DNA of 14,684 nt from Pseudobdellovibrionaceae bacterium (GTDB taxonomy: Bacteria; Bdellovibrionota; Bdellovibrionia; Bdellovibrionales; Bdellovibrionaceae), in the NCBI GenBank assembly GCA_039810425.1, contig JBDHWW010000066.1:1-14684 (forward strand). The letters run 5' to 3'. Position 1 is the stretch's first letter. Each line of letters starts with the position of its first letter. Of this stretch, positions 1-6,474 are shown piece by piece. Under the pieces are notes generated by a model, which made no database searches, was not told the origin of the DNA, and was given only the letters and a program-made list of their open reading frames with translations. The position numbers and the translations under genes were made by a program.

Positions 1-1
1 G

Positions 2-67
2 GGACGCTTATTTGGCCTTTATCAGAACCCTGACTTCTTTACTGGTGAGTCTTCTTTCAAAGCTTAA
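2..67 (+). CDS. possible 3' end of an upstream gene (…GRLFGLYQNPDFFTGESSFKA*), partial
   Basis: Frame open from the window edge to TAA at 65-67, immediately followed by an SD and the next ATG. Too short to identify. Confidence 0.3.
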   Translation, partial: GRLFGLYQNPDFFTGESSFKA

Positions 68-77
68 AGGGAGGTCC

Positions 78-224
78 ATGAAAGGCCTTTTTGATCTTCG
101 CCCCTTTACTAAGATTTTATCTTGGGGGAAGCAGTTTCGGGCCGTGGCCGCCTATCATGAACTCAATGATTTAGAAGGGCGCGGGCTGCTGGTGAGAAAG
201 AAGAAAACTCAACGCTCGGGATAA
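78..224 (+). CDS. small basic hypothetical protein (48 aa)
   Basis: AAGGGAGGT (67-75) directly precedes ATG at 78, in frame with the listed ORF 12..224. Product MKGLFDLRPF…RKKKTQRSG; no recognisable motif. Confidence 0.4.
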   Translation: MKGLFDLRPFTKILSWGKQFRAVAAYHELNDLEGRGLLVRKKKTQRSG

Positions 225-280
225 TAGTGGCTGCGAGGCCTAAAGCGGCCAGTCCCCGCTCTGAAAAAGAATCTGCAAGA

Positions 281-679
281 CTAGTCGTTGTCGTTTTCAG
301 GCGCGATTTTAGAAATCACATTTTTGAAGTCTAGTTGTGCCTTAACATCACTCGGAACTTCGCGGCGGTCCAACGTAAAGCGGATGTTCTTGATCAAGTG
401 CTGACCAAGTTTTTTGTTCAAAGTATCCTGAATCGGGTCTTTCATGAAGGTCAGTTGTTGCATCCAAGAACTGCTGCGCACCCAAAGGTACAAGACGCCA
501 CGGTTGAGGCCCACGGGCTCCGTGTTTTGTGCAATGGTCGGCCCGACAAACTCACTCCAGCGGGCCCAGAGCTTCCAACGCATGAACTGTTCCGATAATG
601 GCGATTGGCCGCTCTCAAACAGGCGCTGGAGAACCTCGGAGCCGAGACTAAATTTGGATTTAGGATCTTGATCGCGCAT
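281..679 (-). CDS. dciA: DUF721 / DciA family protein (replicative helicase loader)
   Basis: 132 aa with the pattern W..W.E.VG..IA..T.P......GVL.L.V.SSSW.QQL......I...LN......I..IRF, which is typical of DUF721/DciA. Confidence 0.8.
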   Translation of the reverse strand: MRDQDPKSKFSLGSEVLQRLFESGQSPLSEQFMRWKLWARWSEFVGPTIAQNTEPVGLNRGVLYLWVRSSSWMQQLTFMKDPIQDTLNKKLGQHLIKNIRFTLDRREVPSDVKAQLDFKNVISKIAPENDND

Positions 680-747
680 AGGTTAGATCTAGCACAGCTA
701 CCCCCCAAAATCCTTTGAAAAAACTCCTCTTTTTGGCTTATCACCCC

Positions 748-776
748 TTGTCAAGGGCTCCCAGAGCGACTACACA
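748..776 (+). promoter_or_regulatory. candidate sigma70 promoter for trmFO (possibly leaderless transcript)
   Basis: TTGTCA (748-753)-N17-TACACA (771-776), 6 nt before ATG 783, with no SD. The -10 lacks the conserved final T. Confidence 0.35.
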
Positions 777-782
777 GGGCCC

Positions 783-2129
783 ATGAACTTGAAATCAGAC
801 AAGAAAATCACGGTAGTGGGAGCTGGCTTAGCCGGCAGTGAATGTGCTTTACAACTTGCCGACAGCGGCTACAAAGTCGTGCTTTTTGAAATGCGCGACA
901 AGACCATGACCCCCGCCCACAAAACCAACAAGTTCGCAGAACTTGTCTGCTCAAATTCTTTCGGAAGCATGGGTGAAGTCTCAGCCCCTGGTCAGTTGAA
1001 ATGGGAAGCGCAAAAATTAAATTCTAAGATTCTCGAAGCCGCTTACCATGCGCAAGTTCCCGCAGGTCAAGCGCTCGGCATGGATCGTGAAGTCTTTTCG
1101 GCAAAAGTCACTGCAATGATCAAAAACCATCCCAACATCGAAGTTCGTAACGACGTGATCAATAATCTTGATGAAATTCCCCGGCCGGCGGTGATCGCAA
1201 CAGGCCCACTCACGCACGATAACTTGGCCGAAAGCTTGCGCCGTCACTTCGGTGACGAGTTCATGTACTTCTTCGATGCCATCGCGCCAATCATTGATAC
1301 CGAGAGCATCAACACTGATATTGCTTGGAAAGCCGATCGTTATGATAAGGGCACTGGTGATTACTTTAATTGCCCGCTCAACAAAGAAGAATACGAACGC
1401 TTCATCGCGGAGGTAAAAGCGGCCCGCAAAATCGAGCCAAAAGAATTCGAGAAAACAGATTTCTTTGAAGGCTGCATGCCGATTGAAGCGATGATCGAGC
1501 GAGGGGATCAAACCCTGCGCTTCGGTCCAATGAAACCCGTGGGGCTTGATAACCCAAAAACCGGCCGCTACGCTTACGCCGTTGTTCAACTTCGCCAAGA
1601 CAATAAAGAAGGCACTGCTTACAACATGGTGGGCTTCCAAACCCGCATGGCCTACAGCGAGCAAGTACGTATCTTCCGCATGATTCCGGGCCTTGAGAAT
1701 GCGGAATTCCTCAAGCTCGGCAGCATTCATCGCAACTTGTATATCAATTCACCAAAGCGTTTGAACTGTGACCTTTCAAGCAAGATCGATCCCTGGTTAT
1801 TCTTCGCAGGGCAAATCACCGGAGTTGAAGGATACTTCGAATCGACGTGTGTAGGTTTGATGGTGGCAAAGTTTATCGATCAGAAGTTGCAAGACAAAGT
1901 CTTTACTCCGCCGCCGCGTTTGTCGGCGATGGGTTCCCTGCTTGAGGCCATCACCGATCCCACTCGTGCCGACCATTTCCAGCCGACGAACATCAACTTT
2001 GCCTTGATTCCGCCGCTGACCGAAGAAGATCTTGAACCACTCAAAGCTCAGAAACTTCACCGCGATAAAAAAGCGAAGAAAGAAGTACAGATCAAGAAAG
2101 CCCGCGCGGCCCTTGAAAGCTGGATTTAA
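783..2129 (+). CDS. trmFO: methylenetetrahydrofolate--tRNA-(uracil-54-C5)-methyltransferase TrmFO (Gid)
   Basis: FAD-binding VVGAGLAGSE, plus AELVCSNS, FFDAIAPI, FEGCMPIE, TLRFGPMKPVGL, YNMVGFQT, GSIHRN, FAGQITGVEGY and FQPTNINF; 448 aa. Confidence 0.97.
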   Translation: MNLKSDKKITVVGAGLAGSECALQLADSGYKVVLFEMRDKTMTPAHKTNKFAELVCSNSFGSMGEVSAPGQLKWEAQKLNSKILEAAYHAQVPAGQALGMDREVFSAKVTAMIKNHPNIEVRNDVINNLDEIPRPAVIATGPLTHDNLAESLRRHFGDEFMYFFDAIAPIIDTESINTDIAWKADRYDKGTGDYFNCPLNKEEYERFIAEVKAARKIEPKEFEKTDFFEGCMPIEAMIERGDQTLRFGPMKPVGLDNPKTGRYAYAVVQLRQDNKEGTAYNMVGFQTRMAYSEQVRIFRMIPGLENAEFLKLGSIHRNLYINSPKRLNCDLSSKIDPWLFFAGQITGVEGYFESTCVGLMVAKFIDQKLQDKVFTPPPRLSAMGSLLEAITDPTRADHFQPTNINFALIPPLTEEDLEPLKAQKLHRDKKAKKEVQIKKARAALESWI

Positions 2130-2241
2130 TAAGTCGACTTCCGGCTGTAACCCATCACCAAGCCCAAGACCGCTCCGCCCAAGTGAGCCGCGTGTGCTAC
2201 GCCCTGCGCGGCCAGTCAGTCATTCCGGCCCTAGTTGAGTA

Positions 2242-2257
2242 TGGTCCGCTGCTTGCA
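2242..2257 (+). promoter_or_regulatory. candidate sigma54 (-24/-12) promoter
   Basis: TGGTCCGCTGCTTGCA compared with consensus TGGCAC-N5-TTGCW. GG (2243-2244) and GC (2255-2256) are at the exact spacing, about 70 nt upstream of ATG 2329. Confidence 0.5.
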
Positions 2258-2328
2258 TAAAGGAAATTAGCAAGTGCCTGGTGAGTGGCGACTTGTCACC
2301 ATTTGCTCAATCATTTCCAGGGGGAATA

Positions 2329-3066
2329 ATGATACTGCCAATTCTTATGTTACTAGCTTCGTCTTTAAATGCTCAGGCACAAATACCACCAGGAGTCCAA
2401 GTGCGGAGTGTTCAAGCTATGGGCTCAGGCTGTCCCCAAGGAAGTTACAGCGCCATGATTTCTCCGGATGGCAGTGCATTTTCTCTGCTGCTAGATCAAT
2501 ACATTGCCGAGTCCACTCGCCAAATGACTTTGTCGCGAAAAAACTGCCAGCTCAAAGTGGATTTCGCTGTTCCAGCGGGTTGGCAATTCTCCGTCCTCTC
2601 GGCCGACTATCGCGGCTTTGCCAATGTTGAGGGCGGCTCGATCGCCACTCATCAAGCGATTTATTCATTCGATGGCGCTCGTCCCCCGAATGAAAGGCCC
2701 GGATTTCAAGATGGCAGCAATTATTCTTTTAAAGCGCAAAACTTCAACGGTCCTTACCAAGACAACTACTACATTCACAACGAAATCGATCCGCGCCTGG
2801 CTCCATGGTCTCCGTGTGTGGGCACGGCGAATCAGTCGCTCTACATCGCCACTTTCTTAACCGCACGCTCGCTGAATCCGCGCAGCCCTTCTTCCGCAAT
2901 GATCACGCTCGATACGATGGACGGCCAAGTTCAGTCGCAGAATTTCCGTCTTTCCTGGAGAACTTGCAGTTTCAACGGTCGTCCCAACCCACCTCCGGGA
3001 GGCGGCCTTCAGCCACCTCCACCGCGTGACAATCCAAGCCCTGGCAGACCGCCGCGTTTTCCATAG
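2329..3066 (+). CDS. secreted DUF4360 domain protein with Pro/Gly-rich C-terminal tail
   Basis: Start taken at ATG 2329 after AGGGGG. Signal peptide ending …NAQA; motifs GSGCPQGS, RKNCQL, PAGWQFSV…DYRGFA and WSPC match DUF4360; tail PNPPPGGGLQPPPPRDNPSPGRPPRFP. Confidence 0.8.
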   Translation: MILPILMLLASSLNAQAQIPPGVQVRSVQAMGSGCPQGSYSAMISPDGSAFSLLLDQYIAESTRQMTLSRKNCQLKVDFAVPAGWQFSVLSADYRGFANVEGGSIATHQAIYSFDGARPPNERPGFQDGSNYSFKAQNFNGPYQDNYYIHNEIDPRLAPWSPCVGTANQSLYIATFLTARSLNPRSPSSAMITLDTMDGQVQSQNFRLSWRTCSFNGRPNPPPGGGLQPPPPRDNPSPGRPPRFP

Positions 3067-3117
3067 ATATTAGTCGAGAATGAGTCTATTTTGAGCCCTG
3101 ACATCGGGCGCTGTTTG

Positions 3118-3146
3118 TTGTCATGGAGGCCCGCGCAAGTTATTCT
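3118..3146 (+). promoter_or_regulatory. sigma70-type promoter of valS
   Basis: TTGTCA (3118-3123)-N17-TATTCT (3141-3146), then SD GAGG and ATG 3173. Confidence 0.6.
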
Positions 3147-3172
3147 AAGCCGTTATTTTCACGAGGATAATT

Positions 3173-5866
3173 ATGGCGGAACAAAGCACGAACCAGCTCT
3201 CAGATCGTTACAACCCTCAAGAGGTTGAAGGCAAAGTTTATCAGTGGTGGGAAGAATCCGGTTTCTTTAAAGCAGAGAACCGTTCTACAAAACCTCCTTT
3301 CAGCATCATCTTGCCTCCGCCGAATGTCACAGGCTTCTTGCACATGGGCCATGCGCTCGATCATACAATTCAAGATTTACTCATCCGTTGGAAGCGCATG
3401 AACGGCTTCAATGCGATGTGGTTGCCAGGCACAGATCACGCCGGCATCGCTACCCAAATGGTGGTTGAGCGCGAACTCAAAAAGAATGAACACGTGAATC
3501 GCCACCAACTCGGTCGCGAGAAGTTCGTGGAAAAAATCTGGGATTGGAAAAACCAGTACGGCCACCGCATTTATTCACAAATGCGCCGCCTGGGTGATTC
3601 TTGTGACTGGGACCGTGCCACCTTCACTCTGGACGACAACGTTTCTAAAGCGGTTCGCAAAGTATTCGTTTCTCTTTACAAAAAGAATTGGATCTATAAA
3701 GGCACGAGACTCGTCAACTGGTCCGGTCCACTGGAGTCCGCAATTTCGGATCTTGAAGTAGAATACAAACAGGTGAAGGGCTCTCTCTGGCACATCAACT
3801 ACCCGCTAGAAGATGGCTCAGGCTTCCTTGCAATCGCAACAACTCGTCCAGAAACTCTCTTGGGCGATACGGCGGTTTGCGTAAACCCTGAAGATGAGCG
3901 CTATAAGCATCTCATCGGCAAAAACGTGATCGTGCCTTTGATCAACCGCAAAGTAAAAATCATTGCTGACACTTACGTTGATAAGGCGTTTGGTTCTGGC
4001 GTTGTTAAAATCACGCCGGCGCACGACTTCAATGACTACAAAATCGGTAAGACTCACAACTTAGACTTCATTAACATTCTCGATAAGAAAACAATCCTGA
4101 ATGAGAATGCGGGTCCTTACCAAGGCATGACCGTTGTCGATGCTCGCAAAAAAGTAGTTGAAGACCTTAAAAACTTGAACCTTCTTGTAAAAGAAGAACC
4201 CCACGTGAACAACGTGGGCCACTGCGAAAGATCCGGCGCCGTTGTCGAGCCTTTCTTGTCTGAACAATGGTTCGTAAAAACAGAAGGTCTTTCAGTTCCT
4301 TCACGCCGTGTCGTTGAAAGCGGTACGATCCGCTTTGAGCCTGAGTCTTGGACAAAGGTATACTTGCACTGGATGAACATCATCGAAGACTGGTGTATCT
4401 CGCGCCAAATCTGGTGGGGCCATCGCATTCCTGCTTGGAACTGCCCCCACTGCCAACACGTGACTGTTTCAGAAATTGATCCCACTGCTTGTGAAAAGTG
4501 CGGTAAATCGGGCCTGAAACAAGAAGATGACGTTCTCGACACTTGGTTCAGTTCGGCTCTATGGCCGTTCTCAACAATGGGCTGGCCGGAAGAGACCGAA
4601 ACTCTGAAGACCTTCTATCCGACGAGTTACCTCGTAACTGGTCACGATATCATTTTCTTCTGGGTGGCCCGCATGATCATGATGGGTCTTGAGTTCAAGC
4701 GTGATGTGCCGTTCAGAACGGTTTACATCCACGGCCTTATGCGTGACTCCCAAGGCAAGAAGATGTCTAAGAGCTCCGGCAACTCCGTCGATCCGGTTGA
4801 AATGATCGACAAGCACGGCGCGGATGCCCTCAGATTCTCGTTCCTGGCTCATTTATACTCCGGCAAGGATTTCAAGTTTGCCGAACAGCGCCTTGAAGGG
4901 TACCGCAACTTCATGAACAAGATCTGGAATGCGGCACGCTTTGCCCTCACGAATCTTCAGGACTTCCAGGCTCCCGCAGACGGCATAAAAGCGCTACCAA
5001 ACAAGGCGCAGATTTCAATCTTTGACCAGTGGATTATCACCAAACTCGGTGAAGTGGAAAAAACTGTGGAAGAAGCTCTCGAGCAAGAGCGTTTCTCAGA
5101 CGCAGCCATGGCTTTATATCAGTTCACATGGAACCAATTCTGTGACTGGTATATCGAGTTCACAAAACCGATCTTCAGCGGCTCCAACAAAGAAGAGCGG
5201 GCGGCGACTCAGCTCGTGATGGCGCAGGTCCTCAATCGTATGATGAGGCTCCTGCATCCATTCATCCCGTTCATTTCGGAAGAGATCTACCAAAAGCTTC
5301 CGATCCGTGGGCAGGCTTGTATCATCGATCAGTACCCGAACTCTCGTAATGACAAAGACTTCTTGGCGTTGGGCTCTCCGCAAGCCGCTTACGAAATCGA
5401 TATCGTTAAAGACGTCGTAACGGCAATCCGTAACATCCGCGGAGAAAACCGTATTAGCCCGGCAGAGAAGCTCCAGGTGCGCTTGGGTATTACGGAGGCC
5501 GATATCCAAAAGATCCTCGGCAATAATAAGACAGCCATCATGACGATGGCCCGTTTGGCATCCTTAGACATCGGTGCTGATGGCAACCTTCAGAAGTGTG
5601 CGGTGGCTCCCATCACAACGAAGATGGGTCAAATCAAGGTCATTATTCCGCTAGAGGGCCTGGTGGATTTTGATGAGGAAATGAAGCGTCTTAGTAAGGG
5701 TATCGAGAAGCTCAACAAGGACATCTCGATGCTGGCGAGCAAGCTTTCCAATGAAAAATTTATAGCGAATGCCGACGAGGACGTCGTCGCTGCCGATAGG
5801 GAGCTATTAGCTCAAAGTAAAGTGCAGATCGAGTCCATGAAAGAGGCCCTCCTAAGATTCCAATAA
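3173..5866 (+). CDS. valS: valine--tRNA ligase
   Basis: PPPNVTG.LHMGH (HIGH motif), GTDHAGIATQ, ATTRPET, DWCISRQIWWGHRIP, DVLDTWFSS, TGHDIIFFWV, KMSKS and a C-terminal coiled coil; 897 aa. Confidence 0.99.
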   Translation: MAEQSTNQLSDRYNPQEVEGKVYQWWEESGFFKAENRSTKPPFSIILPPPNVTGFLHMGHALDHTIQDLLIRWKRMNGFNAMWLPGTDHAGIATQMVVERELKKNEHVNRHQLGREKFVEKIWDWKNQYGHRIYSQMRRLGDSCDWDRATFTLDDNVSKAVRKVFVSLYKKNWIYKGTRLVNWSGPLESAISDLEVEYKQVKGSLWHINYPLEDGSGFLAIATTRPETLLGDTAVCVNPEDERYKHLIGKNVIVPLINRKVKIIADTYVDKAFGSGVVKITPAHDFNDYKIGKTHNLDFINILDKKTILNENAGPYQGMTVVDARKKVVEDLKNLNLLVKEEPHVNNVGHCERSGAVVEPFLSEQWFVKTEGLSVPSRRVVESGTIRFEPESWTKVYLHWMNIIEDWCISRQIWWGHRIPAWNCPHCQHVTVSEIDPTACEKCGKSGLKQEDDVLDTWFSSALWPFSTMGWPEETETLKTFYPTSYLVTGHDIIFFWVARMIMMGLEFKRDVPFRTVYIHGLMRDSQGKKMSKSSGNSVDPVEMIDKHGADALRFSFLAHLYSGKDFKFAEQRLEGYRNFMNKIWNAARFALTNLQDFQAPADGIKALPNKAQISIFDQWIITKLGEVEKTVEEALEQERFSDAAMALYQFTWNQFCDWYIEFTKPIFSGSNKEERAATQLVMAQVLNRMMRLLHPFIPFISEEIYQKLPIRGQACIIDQYPNSRNDKDFLALGSPQAAYEIDIVKDVVTAIRNIRGENRISPAEKLQVRLGITEADIQKILGNNKTAIMTMARLASLDIGADGNLQKCAVAPITTKMGQIKVIIPLEGLVDFDEEMKRLSKGIEKLNKDISMLASKLSNEKFIANADEDVVAADRELLAQSKVQIESMKEALLRFQ

Positions 5867-5873
5867 AAGGGCC

Positions 5874-5902
5874 TTGCGCTCCGCAAAACGGGGCGCTATA
5901 CC
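5874..5902 (+). promoter_or_regulatory. candidate sigma70 promoter for the riboswitch/HNH transcript
   Basis: TTGCGC (5874-5879)-N17-TATACC (5897-5902) puts the start site near 5909, just 5' of riboswitch P1. Confidence 0.4.
5876..5896 (+). terminator. GC-rich hairpin after valS (possible terminator)
   Basis: GCGCTCCG-CAAAA-CGGGGCGC forms an 8-bp stem with one G-U pair, 9 nt after the stop. No strong U-tract follows. Confidence 0.4.
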
Positions 5903-5914
5903 CTCATTTGTCCC

Positions 5915-5979
5915 CTAAGTATAAGCCGGAAATAAGGTCCGGAGTTTCTACCCGCCACCGTAAAAGGCGGACTATTTGG
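5915..5979 (+). ncRNA. purine riboswitch aptamer, guanine-type (C74)
   Basis: P1 CUAAGUA/UAUUUGG (5915-21/5973-79); J1/2 UAA; P2 CCGGA/UCCGG; L2 AAUAAGG; J2/3 GUUUCUAC (5944-51); P3 CCGCC/GGCGG; L3 CCGUAAA; J3/1 AC. U22, U47, U51 and C74 of the B. subtilis xpt aptamer are all present (5922, 5945, 5949, 5972). Confidence 0.93.
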
Positions 5980-5988
5980 AGATCAACG

Positions 5989-6474
5989 ATGAAGAACGCC
6001 CTAGCTCTCGCGGTCTTAGTTCTAAGTACTCTTAGCTTTCAACAATCGTTCGCCGACAGTTTCCCGACTGGCCCGGCTCAACAAATGACTCCTGGTAAAC
6101 TTTGCGACAAACCAAATTCAACACGTTATCGTGAAAAAATCGCATACTGCGACCGCGATGTCAGCCCGGCTCTCAAGCATCAAATCATCGAAGATTACGA
6201 CCGCAAATTCGGATACACAATCGAATCAATGCCTCGAAACGAATTCAAAATCGATCATTACATCCCTCTCTGCGTAGGCGGCAGTAATGACGTGACGAAC
6301 CTATGGCCGCAACACGAGAGCGTGTACACGATTACAGATCCACTCGAAGAGGCCTTGTGCGAAAAAATGTATCGTGGGAAGCTTTTGCAAAAAGACGCCG
6401 TGAAGCTGATCATCGAGGCGAAGAATCACTTGAACGAGGTTCCTGCGATCCTCGCCCGAGTGAGTGCGCTTTAG
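5989..6474 (+). CDS. secreted HNH (His-Me finger) endonuclease-like protein, 161 aa
   Basis: SD GGAG (5978-81) lies 7 nt before ATG 5989. Sec signal peptide MKNALALAVLVLSTLSFQQSFA; HNH core IDHYIPLCVGGSNDVTNLWPQ…DPLEEALC; 4 Cys. Confidence 0.75.
   Translation: MKNALALAVLVLSTLSFQQSFADSFPTGPAQQMTPGKLCDKPNSTRYREKIAYCDRDVSPALKHQIIEDYDRKFGYTIESMPRNEFKIDHYIPLCVGGSNDVTNLWPQHESVYTITDPLEEALCEKMYRGKLLQKDAVKLIIEAKNHLNEVPAILARVSAL

Noticed and set aside
1017..1730. 237-aa antisense ORF and the other overlapping or antisense ORFs in the track
   Set aside because: They are shadows of well-supported genes such as trmFO and valS, with no motifs or SDs.
3067..3172. T-box leader for valS
   Set aside because: The spacer is only about 105 nt, has no T-box consensus, and has a promoter close to the ATG.
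5971..5975. Reading the aptamer as adenine-specific because of the ACTAT sequence
   Set aside because: Alignment to xpt/add puts the specificity base at C5972; the following TAT belongs to P1.
5908..5988. 27-aa N-terminal extension (TTG start) of the HNH ORF
   Set aside because: It is a chance translation of the riboswitch; the SD and signal peptide point to ATG 5989.
5989..6474. HNH gene as a homing endonuclease, toxin or mobile element
   Set aside because: It has a Sec signal peptide and riboswitch control, and there is no intron, terminal repeat or adjacent immunity gene.
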